From: Eledone cirrhosa
Lineage: Eukaryota
Length of the DNA stretch: 64,000 nt
Reading direction: 5' to 3'
NCBI GenBank assembly: GCA_964016885.1
Contig: OZ024747.1
Location: 24,862,001-24,926,000, forward strand
Shown here: piece by piece, positions 30,322 through 45,200 of the stretch
Layout of the letters: the number at the start of each line of letters is the position of its first letter
Numbering within the stretch: position 1 is the stretch's first letter
Notes under the pieces: generated by a model
The model's input: only the letters and a program-made list of their open reading frames with translations
Told to the model about the DNA's origin: nothing
Databases searched by the model: none
Made by a program: the position numbers and the translations under genes

Positions 30322-31460
30322 TTGCATGGAAGTAGAGAAACTGCTAAATGAGGAAAATAAATGGGACAGTGGGAGCCTACTCCATGCAGACCCAACTGAG
30401 GGACCAGCTGTAAAATTTGACAGCAGTATGATAGATAAAGCAATTAAAGACATGAAGGTAATGAAGCCAGATGGACCATCTGGTATAGTTGCTGAGATGT
30501 TAAAAGCTTCTGGCAAGGTAGGAAATGAGCTAGTCATATGCATAGTTAATCAGGTAGTACAGGAAGGGGCCACACCCAATGACTGGTGCAGTAGTATCAT
30601 TGTAAATTGCTACAAAGGCAAGCAGATGCATTAGAGAGAAGTAACGACAGAGGTATCAATTTGATGGAACAAGTCATGAAAGTTGTTGAAATGGTTAAAG
30701 CACAACTAATTATGGATAGAATCAAGTTAGATGTGATGCAGTTTGAATTTATGCCAGGTAGGGGTGCTACCAATGAGACAACTACAGGAGCGGTACTTAA
30801 CTAAAAACCACTGTATGTAGCAGTTATAGATCTGAAGAATACCTTTGACAGGGTCTGTAATCTGGTGGGTACTTAAGAAGCAAAGTGTAGATGAATGACT
30901 TGTGAGGGCCATACAGGTCATGTATAGAGGAGCAGCCAGCAGAGTGAGAATTGGCAATGTGTACAGTGATGAATTTGAAGAGCAGGTAGGGGTCCACCAG
31001 GGCTCAGTCCTCAATCCATTCCTGTTTATCATAGTCCTTCAGACCACCAATGAAGAGTTAAAATCCGACACTCCTTGAGAGCTCCTATATGCTGATGTGC
31101 TAGTCCTCATAGATGAATCTGTAGAAAAGTTAGGGTTAAAATTTCAAGAATCAAAGAACCTAGAGTTGAAAGGCCAAAAAGTAAACATAGCAAAGATGAA
31201 AGTCTTAATAAGTAGGAAAGAGAACAGAGAGGATATACCATCAGAGAAGTGGCTTTATTTGATATGTCACACATTGTCTAATTTATAGATGTACAAGAGA
31301 TGTAATAGGATTGCAGACAGGCTAACAGAAAAGATATACTTTGTATGTGGCAGGTGCACAGTAGAGGTAAGCATTAAGAGCGCACGTGAAATAGATTCCT
31401 TCAGTTCCCAGGGAGGCTCCTTAGAAGTTGTGACAGCTTTTGCAAGCCTCCAGCCAATCT
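30322..31460 (+). pseudogene. Decayed RTE LINE reverse transcriptase fragment
   Basis: KPDGPSGIVAEMLKA, PNDWCSSIIVNCYKGK.DALERSNDRGI, GVHQGSVLNPFLFIIVL and LLYADVLVL, with many stops and frameshifts. Confidence 0.85.
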
Positions 31461-31581
31461 GAGAGGTCAGTAGCTTTGTTTGAGTTCTTATAGCCTGTGA
31501 CAACCCATTCAACTATTGCCAGTAGAGAAAATGAAATTAAATGATGATTATGATGATGATGACATTACTAATTGAGATGTC

Positions 31582-31877
31582 TACAACTTAGCACTGCAGT
31601 ATGATCTTGAATTTGTTTAAACTTGATCATAGGGCCTATATTTCTTATCATAATATAGATGTGTGTGTGTGTGTGTGTCTGTGTGTGTATATATATATAT
31701 ATATATCATCATCACCGTTTTACGTCCGTTCTTCCACGCTAAAAAACGGTGATGATGGTATATATATATATATACAGACACACACACACACACACACACA
31801 CACCTATATTGTAAGAAATATAGGCCCTATGATCAAGCTTAAACAAATTCAAGATCATACTGCAGTGGTAAGTTGTA
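31582..31877. repeat. ~300-bp fold-back (inverted repeat) element
   Basis: tacaactta..cactgcagtatgatcttgaatttgtttaa...tatttctta is mirrored at 31805-31877. Inner (GT)n/(AC)n and catcatcaccgtttt/aaaacggtgatgatg are also mirrored. Confidence 0.85.
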
Positions 31878-32088
31878 TAATATATATATATATATATCAC
31901 TGTCCAGTCCATCATTCTAGCAATCAATCTTCTATCGCTCTTTGGTGTTTATTTCATTTCCCAACACAAGTTTCACCACTATGGCAGCACATTTATCTTC
32001 TTAATTCTTCAGCAATGAGAATTTGTTACAGCAATAGTGATATGAAATAAAATACATTCAGTTGGTTCATTCATCCTGTTAAAGCTTG

Positions 32089-32105
32089 TGCTGCCCTCTG
32101 GTGGC
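32089..32105 (-). promoter_or_regulatory. Candidate CTCF binding site
   Basis: Minus strand GCCACCAGAGGGCAGCA matches the CTCF core consensus CCASYAGRKGGCRS, and lies in apparently non-repeat sequence. Confidence 0.45.
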
Positions 32106-32335
32106 AAACAATGTAATCAGAGCTGATTAAAACCTGAGGTCCCTTTTCTTTGTATTATACAACCTGTAATCACTACCCCTTCTCCTCCCATCTGTCTCCT
32201 CACATTTATCTCTATATAATACATCCACCCACCCCTCACTGGTTTATTTCCATATGTAATCTATCAGTTGTATTATCAGTGAAATATAATCTGCTGGATT
32301 ATTCTCACTCCTCTGCACAAACAATGTGGACATAG

Positions 32336-32510
32336 GTGCAAGCATGGCTGTCTGGTAAAGGAGTTTGTTTGCAACCATATAGTTTTGGGTTCACTCCCAC
32401 TCTACCATGGCACACCACCTTGGGCAAGTGGCTGTCTGCTACTATAGTTTCGGGTTGACTAAACCCTTATAAATGAAATTTGGCAGCAGAAAACTGCAAG
32501 AGCTCATTGT
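32336..32510 (+). mobile_element. Decayed tRNA-derived SINE
   Basis: tggctgtctggtaa A-box, ggttcactccc B-box, and core accttgggcaagtg..ctactatag. Confidence 0.65.
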
Positions 32511-33106
32511 ATGTCATCAACATCATCCTCATCATCGCTGTTTAATGTCCATTTTCCATTTTTGCATGGGTTAGATGGGTTGTCCACTCTGAGAGAGAAG
32601 TTTGGCCAGAATTGGCCACGCTGTACCTTGCTCCGATGGGACTGTAAATTTGGCCGGGGATTTTACAATATCTATACCTTGTGTCTTGAATCTCAGATAA
32701 CCCCAGCCAGTAACTAGTGTCGCCATTCACACCCCCACCTCCGTAACCCTCATTCCCCATGAGGCAAAACAGGCTGTATATTATATATATATATATATAT
32801 GTATATCATCATCATCATCGTTTAACGTCCATCTTCCACGCTAGCATGGGTAGGACGGGCTGTCCCTTTGTAAGGGATCAGGTTATCATCATCATCGTTT
32901 AACATCTATCTTCCACACTAGCATGGGTTAGATGGAAATTGTCCCCATTTGAGGCAAGATTGGTTGGGTGACCGTGTCTCGCTCGTATAGGACTGTCTGG
33001 CAGGTTTTCTATGGTTGGATGCCCTTCCTAACACCAACCACATTAACAGTGTGAACTGGGAGCTTTTTATCATGTTACCTACATAACCACATTACAGCGT
33101 GGACTG

Positions 33107-33110
<4 letters not shown>
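32511..33110 (-). mobile_element. Stacked RTE 3'-tail fragments
   Basis: Three catcatcatcgtttaacgtcc...gcatgggtta-type starts; homologous to 14613-14815. Confidence 0.7.
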
Positions 33111-33137
<27 letters not shown>

Positions 33138-34204
33138 GCATACATGAAACAAATCAATAAAAAAAAAAAGAGTCAGAAAGAAGGGAAAAAACAAAAGATG
33201 ACATGCACATTCAGTTACATGCTAGAACAAGGATTGTTGATGTTTTCTTCTAAAATGTTTGAGTTAAGCCAAGACACTTACAAAATTACTTTAGGTAATA
33301 AAGAGTCTCTCAATTACACACTGCATCAGGGAATGCCGGTGTTGCCCTCTAAACATTATTGTAGGAAGCCAAGACACTCAAGGCAGGTGATAAACATAAA
33401 TTGTATATGTTGTAATATTCTTGTAATATATCACCTCAGAAAGGTAATTAGATCTTACAGCAGTCTTGAGAAATACGCATTCCAGCTTTTCAATTAACTG
33501 AACTACCTGCTCATTACATAATTCCTTTTGATATCAAATCATGACACTTCCCCAGGTTTTTAAAGTGTTTATATTTAACTAAAAACCTTCTATCATAATT
33601 TTATATAGGAGCTTATGTTTAATTATGTTCCTAACACCAACTTAATAAAAAAGAGGTTAGTTATATAACTAAATCCTTCAAAATGTTTGATTATTATCAG
33701 AATTATTTAACAATCATATGCAGTGTCATTCATTAGAAATATGGTAAAAAAAGGTTTAAAAGTTTATAATTATCTAATAACCCATAATAATTTTATGTAA
33801 GAACCTTTGTTAAGTTATTACCCAAACAACAGCTTAAAATCCTTCCAAATTCTTGATAATTTTCAAGGTTATTTGAAATCATAGGTAACTTATTAGTTTA
33901 GAAATATAACAAATGGGTTAATTTGTAAATGACTATGTATTTTACAGACATAATTCCATTTAAGCTAAGGTCTACATTTAATTTGACATGAATAGCAGCT
34001 TCTATAGGTTCTCTCAAGTTGATAACATAGAAGTAGTTGTTTTCTAATGAACAGACAATAATCTGTGAAACACATAATGGTAATCTCTTTGTTTTTGTGT
34101 ACAGAGGGAATAACAAAATATGTTTATACTTGTTTATTTTCATAGCAAGGTCTATCATTTAAAAACTGTAGTCTGCTATGTAATGTTTGTACTCATTATT
34201 ATTA

Positions 34205-34775
34205 GTTAACTTTGTCTTTCATCCGTACGGGGGTCGATAAAATAAAGTACCAGTAATGTTCTGGGGGTTTTGCTGGCCTGGTGCCAAAAGTAGAAACATT
34301 ATCATTATTAGCCATCATCATCATTTTATGTCCGCTTTTCTCCCTGACATGGGTTGGATGCGTTTTTATGGTTGAGTGACTTTATCATGCTTATACATTC
34401 CATATTTGGCATGTTTTCTATGATTGGATGCCCTTCCTAACAACAACCAACTTAAAGAGTGTACTGGGTATGATTTTTGTGGTACCAGCACTACCACTTT
34501 ACAGAGTGAACTGAGTGTATTTTATTGTGACACTAACACTAGAGAGGTTTTGATCATGGCACCAAATTAGAGAGGTTTCCACATACTGATCCAGACTGAA
34601 GGGTCTTCTCAAACCCTACATTGTCTCCATTTCACTGTCTCCAACACTGTAGCCATCAGTCACTTACCACATTGACTTTTAATGCCACAGTGCTTTTACC
34701 AGTCAGCTCAGTCCTATATCATCTTTGTGATATTCAGTTTCCTGAGGTCTTTTTTCACAACTTTGTCCTATATCT
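34205..34775. mobile_element. SINE 3' half (+) followed by a decayed RTE 3' end (-)
   Basis: ggggtcgataaaataaagtaccag at ~34230 and ggatgcccttcctaac at ~34426. Confidence 0.6.
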
Positions 34776-34891
34776 ACTTTATTAATCTATCCTTATTAAT
34801 ACACCTTGAATACACCCTTTAATTCAATGTTTAACTACTCTTTCTTGTTTGTGATTTTCCTATATATTTTAATTTTCTTATACTTCTATTT

Positions 34892-35047
34892 TGTCAGGTT
34901 TTGTTTTTTGTCCTGCAGGGTATCCAAAATCCCCCCCCCCCCTCACCAAGAAAACTTGGTAGGGTTTGACGGTTTAGTTGCTAACAACCCGACCATGCAA
35001 CAGGTTGTACTAGGTTACATGTTACCAGTAGCACTCAACAGAAACCT
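34892..35047 (-). mobile_element. Second copy of the structured 5' leader seen at 17946-18100
   Basis: Reverse complement gtgctactggtaacatgta.cc.agtacaacctgt..catggtcggg...ctaaac...accaag.tttcttggtgagg. Confidence 0.75.
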
Positions 35048-35246
35048 ACTGTTTAGTCAAGGAAAGAAGGGCAGTGCTAGTGATACATTTCAAGATATCT
35101 GGAAGGAGAGAAGAAGGTATCTTTAAACCAGACACTTTGCCCGAATGTTTAGAACAGAGTGGGCACACTAAAGGCACTCAAGGGCAACGTGGTGGTGTTA
35201 AACCATTTCCAGTGTCTTGAGCACTTGTACCTTCTTCTATTTCTTC

Positions 35247-35970
35247 TTAGTGTTGTTGTTATTGATGTCATTACTGTTGTTGTTGTTACTGTTGTTGATG
35301 ATGTTGTTGTTACATTTGTGGTTGTGTTGTTGCTGTTGTTACTGTTGTTGTTGTTAGTGTTAGTGTTGTTGTTATTGATGTCATTACTGTTGTTGTTGTT
35401 ACTGTTGTTGATGATGTTGTTGTTACATTTGTGGTTGTGTTGTTGCTGTTGTTACTGTTGTTGTTGTTAGTCTTAGTGTTGTTGTTATTGATGTCATTAC
35501 TGTTGTTGTTGTTACTGTTGTTGATGATGTTGTTGTTACATTTGTGGTTGTGTTGTTGCTGTTGTTACTGTTGTTGTTGTTAGTCTTAGTGTTGTTGTCG
35601 TCGTTGTTAGTGTTGTTGTGTTGTCGCTGTTATTTTTGTTGATGTCGCTGTTTTTGGTGTTGTGGTTGCTACTATTTTTGTTGTTGTGGCTACTGCTGCT
35701 ATTATTGCTGTTATTGTTGTTGCTGCTGCTGTTATTGGTGTTGTCGATGTTGCTGTTGTTGTGGCCGCTGCTGCTGGTGTTGTTATTTCAGCTGCTGTTG
35801 TTGTAGCTACTGCTGCTGTTGTTGTGGCCGCTGCTGTTGTTGTTGATGCTTCTGTTATTGTTGTTGTTATAGGTGTTGCTGCTGTTGCCGCTGTTGTTGT
35901 TGTTACTCTTCTTACTGCTGTTGCTGTTGTTGTTGTTACTCTTCTTACTGCTGCTGTTGTTGTTGTTGTT
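35247..35970. repeat. (GTT)n/(GCT)n low-complexity tract with three ~113-bp tandem units at 35247-35590
   Basis: gttattgatgtcattactgttg...acatttgtggttgtg occurs three times. Confidence 0.85.
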
Positions 35971-36209
35971 GCTATCCATATGTCGGCCTTCCCTTCAAGA
36001 TTGTCCTAACAACGTAACTATGGTAAATAAGACAATGTCTGTCTGTATGTCAGTATGTCTGTCTGTCATAGCTTCATGGAAGTATGTCTTTCTGCCTGTC
36101 TGTCAGTATCTTTGTTTATCCTGCGGTCTGTCTCTCTGTATGTGTGTGTGTCTACCTGTCTGTAGGCCTGTCAGTCTATCTGTCTTTCTGTATGCCTGTC
36201 ACTATCTCT

Positions 36210-39200
36210 GTATGTATGGTTGTTAGCACATCTATCAGTCAGTATGTATGGTTGTTAGTACATCTATCTGTCAGTATGTATGGTTGTTAGTACATCTATC
36301 AGTCAGTATGTATGGTTGTTAGCACATCTATCTGTCAGTATGTATGGTTGTTAGTACATCTATCAGTCAGTATGTATGGTTGTTAGCACATCTATCAGTC
36401 AGTATGTATGGTTGTTAGTACATCTATCTGTCAGTATGTATGGTTGTTAGTACATCTATCTGTCAGTATGTATGGTTGTTAGTGCATCTATCTGTCAGTA
36501 TGTATGGTTGTTAGTATATCTATCAGTCACTATGTATGGTTGTTAGTATATCTATCAGTCAGCATGTATGGTTGTTAGTATATCTATCAGTCAGTATGTA
36601 TGGTTGTTAGTATATCTATCTGTCAGTATGTATGGTTGTTAGTACAACTATCAGTCAGTATGTATGGGTGTTAGTATATCTATCTGTCAGTATGTATGGG
36701 TGTTAGTATATCTATCAGTCAGTATGTATGGTTGTTAGTATATCTATCTGTCAGTATGTATGGGTGTTAGTATATCTATCTGTCAGTATGTATGGTTGTT
36801 AGTATATCTATCTGTCAGTATGTATGGTTGTTAGTATATCTATCAGTCAGTATGTATGGTTGTTAGTACATCTATCAGTCAGCATGTATGGTTATTAGTA
36901 TATCTATCTGTCAGTATGTATGGTTGTTAGTACATCTATCTGTCAGTATGTATGGTTGTTGGTATATCTATCAGTCAGTATGTATGGTTGTTGGTATATC
37001 TATCAGTCAGTATGTATGGTTGTTAGTATATCTATCTGTCAGTATGTATGGGTGTTAGTATATCTATCTGTCAGTATGTATGGTTGTTAGTATATCTATC
37101 TGTCAGTATGTATGGTTGTTAGTATATCTATCAGTCAGTATGTATGGTTGTTAGTACATCTATCAGTCAGCATGTATGGTTATTAGTATATCTATCTGTC
37201 AGTATGTATGGTTGTTAGTACATCTATCTGTCAGTATGTATGGTTGTTAGTACATCTATCCGTCAGCATGTATGGTTGTTAATACATCTATCTGTCAGTA
37301 TGTATGGTTGTTAGTACATCTATCAGTCAGTATGTATGGTTGTTAGTATATCTATCTGTCAGTATGTATGGTTGTTAGTACATCTATCAGTCAGTATGTA
37401 TGGTTGTTAGTACATCTATCTGTATGTATGTATAGTTGTTAGTATATCTATCTGTCAGTATGTATGGTTGTTAGTATATCTATCTGTCAGTATGTATGGT
37501 TGTTAGTATATCTATCTGTCAGTATGTATGGTTGTTAGTACATCTATCAGTCAGTATGTATGGTTGTTAGTATATCTATCTGTCAGTATGTATGGTTGTT
37601 AGTACATCTATCAGTCAGTATGTATGGTTGTTAGTATATCTATCTGTCAGTATGTATGGTTGTTAGTACATCTATCAGTCAGTATGTATGGTTGTTAGTA
37701 CATCTATCAGTCAGTATGTATGGTTGTTAGTATATCTATCAGTCAGTATGTATGGTTGTTAGTATATCTATCAGTCAGTATGTATGGTTGTTAGTATATC
37801 TATCAGTCAGTATGTATGGTTGTTAGTATATCTATCAGTCAGTATGTATGGTTGTTAGTATATCTATCAGTCAGTATGTATGGTTGTTAGTATATCTATC
37901 AGTCAGTATGTATGGTTGTTAGTACATCTATCAGTCAGTATGTATGGTTGTTAGTATATCTATCAGTCAGTATGTATGGTTGTTAGTATATCTATCAGTC
38001 AGTATGTATGGTTGTTAGTACATCTATCAGTCAGTATGTATGGTTGTTAGTATATCTCTCAGTCAGTATGTATGGTTGTTAGTATATCTATCAGTCAGTA
38101 TGTATGGTTGTTAGTACATCTATCAGTCAGTATGTATGGTTGTTAGTATATCTATCAGTCAGTATGTATGGTTGTTAGTATATCTATCAGTCAGTATGTA
38201 TGGTTGTTAGTACATCTATCAGTCAGTATGTATGGTTGTTAGTATATCTATCTGTCAGTATGTATGGTTGTTAGTACATCTATCAGTCAGTATGTATGGT
38301 TGTTAGTATATCTATCAGTCAGTATGTATGGGTGTTAGTACATCTATCAGTCAGTATGTATGGTTGTTAGTATATCTATCTGTCAGTATGTATAGTTGTT
38401 AGTATATCTATCTGTCAGTATGTATGGTTGTTAGTATATCTATCTGTCAGTATGTATGGTTGTTAGTATATCTATCTGTCAGTATGTATGGTTGTTAGTA
38501 TATCTATCTGTCAGTATGTATGGTTGTTAGTATATCTATCTGTCAGTATGTATGGTTGTTAGTATATCTATCAGTCAGTATGTATGGTTGTTAGTATATC
38601 TATCAGTCAGTATGTATGGTTGTTAGTATATCTATCTGTCAGTATGTATGGTTGTTAGTACATCTATCTGTCAGTATGTATGGTTGTTAGTATATCTATC
38701 TGTCAGTATGTATGGTTGTTAGTATATCTATCAGTCAGTATGTATGGTTGTTAGTATATCTATCTGTCAGTATGTATGGGTGTTAGTATATCTATCAGTC
38801 AGTATGTATGGTTGTTAGTATATCTCTCAGTCAGTATGTATGGGTGTTAGTATATCTATCAGTCAGTATGTATGGTTGTTAGTATATCTATTAGTCAGTA
38901 TGTATGGTTGTTAGTACATCTATCTGTCAGTATGTATGGTTGTTAGTACATCTATCAGTCAGTATGTATGGTTGTTAGTATATCTATCAGTCAGTATGTA
39001 TGGTTGTTAGTACATCTATCAGTCAGTATGTATGGTTGTTAGTATATCTATCAGTCAGTATGTATGGTTGTTAGTACATCTATCAGTCAGTATGTATGGT
39101 TGTTAGTATATCTATCAGTCAGTATGTATGGTTGTTAGTACATCTATCAGTCAGTATGTATGGTTGTTAGTATATCTATCAGTCAGTATGTATGGTTGTT

Positions 39201-42200
39201 AGTACATCTATCAGTCAGTATGTATGGTTGTTAGTACATCTATCTGTCAGTATGTATGGTTGTTAGTACATCTATCTGTCAGTATGTATGGGTGTTAGTA
39301 TATCTATCAGTCAGTATGTATGGTTGTTAGTACATCTATCAGTCAGTATGTATGGGTGTTAGTACATCTATCTGTCAGTATGTATGGTTGTTAGTACATC
39401 TATCAGTCAGTATGTATGGTTGTTAGTATATCTATCAGTCAGTATGTATGGTTGTTAGTACATCTATCAGTCAGTATGTATGGTTGTTAGTATATCTATC
39501 AGTCAGTATGTATGGTTGTTAGTACATCTATCAGTCAGTATGTATGGTTGTTAGTACATCTATCTGTCAGTATGTATGGTTGTTAGTACATCTATCTGTC
39601 AGTATGTATGGGTGTTAGTATATCTATCAGTCAGTATGTATGGTTGTTAGTACATCTATCAGTCAGTATGTATGGTTGTTAGTACATCTATCTGTCAGTA
39701 TGTATGGGTGTTAGTACATCTATCTGTCAGTATGTATGGTTGTTAGTACATCTATCAGTCAGTATGTATGGTTGTTAGTACATCTATCAGTCAGTATGTA
39801 TGGTTGTTAGTACATCTATCTGTCAGTATGTATGGTTGTTAGTACATCTATCTGTCAGTATGTATGGTTGTTAGTACATCTATCTGTCAGTATGTATGGT
39901 TGTTAGTACATCTATCTGTCAGTATGTATGGTTGTTAATACATCTATCTGTCAGTATGTATGGTTGTTAGTACATCTATCAGTCAGTATGTATGGTTGTT
40001 AGTATATCTATCTGTCAGTATGTATGGTTGTTAGTATATCTATCAGTCAGTATGTATGGTTGTTAGTATATCTATCTGTCAGTATGTATAGTTGTTAGTA
40101 TATCTATCTGTCAGTATGTATGGTTGTTAGTACATCTATCAGTCAGTATGTATGGTTGTTAGTATATCTATCTGTCAGTATGTATGGTTGTTAGTACATC
40201 TATCAGTCAGTATGTATGGTTGTTAGTACATCTATCTGTATGTATGTATAGTTGTTAGTATATCTATCTGTCAGTATGTATGGTTGTTAGTATATCTATC
40301 TGTCAGTATGTATGGTTGTTAGTATATCTATCTGTCAGTATGTATGGTTGTTAGTACATCTATCAGTCAGTATGTATGGTTGTTAGTACATCTATCTGTC
40401 AGTATGTATGGTTGTTAGTATATCTATCAGTCAGTATGTATGGTTGTTGGTATATCTATCTGTCAGTATGTATGGTTGTTAGTATATCTATCTGTCAGTA
40501 TGTATGGTTGTTAGTATATCTATCTGTCAGTATGTATGGTTGTTAGTATATCTATCAGTCAGTATGTATGGTTGTTGGTATATCTATCTGTCAGTATGTA
40601 TGGTTGTTAGTATATCTATCTGTCAGTATGTATGGTTATTAGTATATCTATCTGTCAGTGTGTATGGTTGTTAGTATATCTATCAGTCAGTATGTATGGT
40701 TGTTAGTATATCTATCTGTCAGTATGTATGGTTGTTAGTATATCTATCAGTCAGTATGTATGGTTGTTGGTATATCTATCTGTCAGTATGTATGGTTGTT
40801 AGTATATCTATCAGTCAGTATGTATGGTTGTTAGTATATCTATCTGTCAGTATGTATGGTTGTTAGTATATCTATCAGTCAGTATGTATGGTTGTTGGTA
40901 TATCTATCAGTCAGTATATACGGTTGTTAGTATATCTATCTGTCAGTATGTATGGTTGTTAGTATATCTATCTGTCAGTATGTATGGTTGTTAGTATATC
41001 TATCTGTCAGTATGTATGGTTGTTAGTATATCTATCTGTCAGTATGTATGGTTGTTAGTATATCTATCTGTCAGTATGTATGGGTGTTAGTATATCTATC
41101 AGTCAGTATGTATGGTTGTTAGTATATCTATTAGTCAGTATGTATGGTTGTTAATACATCTATCTGTAAGTATGTATGGGTGTTAGTACATCTATCTGTC
41201 AGTATGTATGGTTGTTAGTACATCTATCTGTCAGTATGTATGGTTGTTAATACATCTATCTGTCAGTATGTATGGTTGTTAGTATATCTATTAGTCAGTA
41301 TGTATGGTTGTTAGTACATCTATCTGTCAGTATGTATGGTTGTTAGTACATCTATCTGTCAGTATGTATGGTTGTTAGTACATCTATCTGTCAGTATGTA
41401 TGGGTGTTAGTATATCTATCAGTCAGTATGTATGGGTGTTAGTATATCTATCAGTCAGTATGTATGGTTGTTAGTATATCTCTCAGTCAGTATGTATGGG
41501 TGTTAGTATATCTATCAGTCAGTATGTATGAGTGTTAGAATATCTATCAGTCAGTATATACGGTTGTTAGTATATCTATCTGTCAGTATGTATGGGTGTT
41601 AGTATATCTATCAGTCAGTATGTATGGTTGTTAGTATATCTATTAGTCAGTATGTATGGTTGTTAGTACATCTATCTGTCAGTATGTATGGTTGTTAGTA
41701 CATCTATCAGTCAGTATGTATGGTTGTTAGTATATCTATCAGTCAGTATGTATGGTTGTTAGTACATCTATCAGTCAGTATGTATGGTTGTTAGTATATC
41801 TATCAGTCAGTATGTATGGTTGTTAGTACATCTATCAGTCAGTATGTATGGTTGTTAGTACATCTATCTGTCAGTATGTATGGTTGTTAGTACATCTATC
41901 TGTCAGTATGTATGGGTGTTAGTATATCTATCAGTCAGTATGTATGGTTGTTAGTACATCTATCAGTCAGTATGTATGGTTGTTAGTACATCTATCTGTC
42001 AGTATGTATGGTTGTTAGTACATCTATCAGTCAGTATGTATGGTTGTTAGTACATCTATCAGTCAGTATGTATGGTTGTTAGTACATCTATCTGTCAGTA
42101 TGTATGGTTGTTAGTACATCTATCTGTCAGTATGTATGGTTGTTAGTACATCTATCTGTCAGTATGTATGGTTGTTAGTACATCTATCTGTCAGTATGTA

Positions 42201-45200
42201 TGGTTGTTGGTATATCTATCAGTCAGCATGTATGGTTGTTGGTATATCTATCAGTCAGCATGTATGGTTGTTGGTATATCTATCAGTTAGCATGTATGGT
42301 TGTTGGTACATCTATCTGTCAGTATGTATGGGTGTTAGTACATCTATCAGTCAGTATGTATGGTTGTTAGTACATATATCAGTCAGTATGTATGGTTGTT
42401 AGTATATCTATCAGTCAGTATGTATGGTTGTTAGTACATCTATCAGTCAGTATGTATGGTTGTTAGTACATCTATCTGTCAGTATGTATGGGTGTTAGTA
42501 CATCTATCTGTCAGTATGTATGGTTGTTAGTACATCTATCAGTCAGTATGTATGGTTGTTAGTACATCTATTAGTCAGTATGTATGGTTATTAGTACATT
42601 TATCTGTCAGTATGTATGGTTGTTAGTACATCTATCTGTCAGTATGTATGGTTGTTAGTACATCTATCTGTCAGTATGTATGGTTGTTAGTACATCTATC
42701 TGTCAGTATTTATGGTTGTTAGTATATCTATCAGTCAGTATGTATGGGTGTTAGTATATCTATCAGTCAGTATGTATGGTTGTTGGTATATCTATCAGTC
42801 AGTATGTATGGTTGTTAGTACATCTATCAGTCAGTATGTATGGTTGTTGGTATATCTATCAGTCAGTATGTATGGGTGTTAGTACATCTATCTGTCAGTA
42901 TGTATGGTTGTTAGTATATCTATCTGTCAGTATGTATGGGTGTTAGTATATCTATCTGTCAGTATGTATGGTTGTTAGTACATCTATCAGTCAGTATGTA
43001 TGGTTGTTAGTACATCTATCTGTCAGTATGTATGGTTGTTAGTACATCTATCAGTCAGTATGTATGGTTGTTAGTATATCTATCTGTCAGTATGTATGGG
43101 TGTTAGTATATCTATCAGTCAGCATGTTTGGTTGTTGGTATATCTATCAGTCAGTATGTATGGTTGTTAATACATCTATCTGTCAGTATGTATGGTTGTT
43201 AGTACATCTATCAGTCAGTATGTATGGTTGTTAGTATATCTATCTGTCAGTATGTATGGTTGTTAGTACATCTATCAGTCAGTATGTATGGTTGTTAGTA
43301 TATCTATCTGTCAGTATGTATGGTTGTTAGTACATCTATCTGTCAGTATGTATGGTTGTTAATACATCTATCTGTCAGTATGTATGGTTGTTAGTACATC
43401 TATCAGTCAGTATGTATGGTTGTTAGTATATCTATCTGTCAGTATGTATGGTTGTTAGTACATCTATCAGTCAGTATGTATGGTTGTTAGTATATCTATC
43501 AGTCAGTATGTATGGTTGTTAGTACATCTATCTGTATGTATGTATAGTTGTTAGTATATCTATCTGTCAGTATGTATGGTTGTTAGTACATCTATCTGTA
43601 TGTATGTATAGTTGTTAGTATATCTATCTGTCAGTATGTATGGTTGTTAGTATATCTATCTGTCAGTATGTATGGTTGTTGGTATATCTATCTGTCAGTA
43701 TGTATGGTTGTTAGTATATCTATCTGTCAGTATGCATGGTTGTTAGTACATCTATCTGTCAGTATGTATGGTTGTTAGTATATCTATCTGTCAGTATGTA
43801 TGGTTGTTAGTATATCTATCTGTCAGTATGTATGGTTGTTAGTACATCTATCTGTCAGTATGTATGGTTGTTAGTATATCTATCAGTCAGTATGTATGGT
43901 TGTTAGTATATCTATCTGTCAGTATGTATGGGTGTTAGTATATCTATCAGTCAGTATGTATGGTTGTTAGTACATCTATCAGTCAGTATGTATGGTTGTT
44001 AGTATATCTATCAGTCAGTATGTATGGTTGTTAGTATATCTATCTGTCAGTATGTATAGTTGTTAGTATATCTATCTGTCAGTATGTATGGTTGTTAGTA
44101 TATCTATCTGTCAGTATGTATGGTTGTTAGTATATCTATCTGTCAGTATGTATGGTTGTTAGTATATCTATCAGTCAGTATGTATGGTTGTTAGTACATC
44201 TATCAGTCAGTATGTATGGTTGTTAGTATATCTATCAGTCAGTATGTATGGTTGTTAGTATATCTATCTGTCAGTATGTATAGTTGTTAGTATATCTATC
44301 TGTCAGTATGTATGGTTGTTAGTACATCTATCAGTCAGTATGTATGGTTGTTAGTATATCTATCAGTCAGTATGTATGGTTGTTAGTACATCTATCATTC
44401 AGTATGTATGGTTGTTAGTATATCTATCAGTCAGTATGTATGGTTGTTAGTACATCTATCAGTCAGTATGTATGGTTGTTAGTACATCTATCTGTCAGTA
44501 TGTATGGGTGTTAGTACATCTATCTGTCAGTATGTATGGTTGTTAGTACATCTATCAGTCAGTATGTATGGTTGTTAGTACATCTATCAGTCAGTATGTA
44601 TGGTTGTTAGTACATCTATCTGTCAGTATGTATGGTTGTTAGTACATCTATCTGTCAGTATGTATGGTTGTTAGTACATCTATCTGTCAGTATGTATGGT
44701 TGTTAGTACATCTATCTGTCAGTATGTATGGTTGTTGGTATATCTATCAGTCAGCATGTATGGTTGTTGGTATATCTATCAGTCAGCATGTATGGTTGTT
44801 GGTATATCTATCAGTCAGCATGTATGGTTGTTGGTACATCTATCTGTCAGTATGTATGGGTGTTAGTACATCTATCAGTCAGTATGTATGGTTGTTAGTA
44901 CATATATCAGTCAGTATGTATGGTTGTTAGTATATCTATCAGTCAGTATGTATGGTTGTTAGTACATCTATCAGTCAGTATGTATGGTTGTTAGTACATC
45001 TATCTGTCAGTATGTATGGGTGTTAGTACATCTATCTGTCAGTATGTATGGTTGTTAGTACATCTATCAGTCAGTATGTATGGTTGTTAGTACATCTATT
45101 AGTCAGTATGTATGGTTATTAGTACATTTATCTGTCAGTATGTATGGTTGTTAGTACATCTATCTGTCAGTATGTATGGTTGTTAGTACATCTATCTGTC

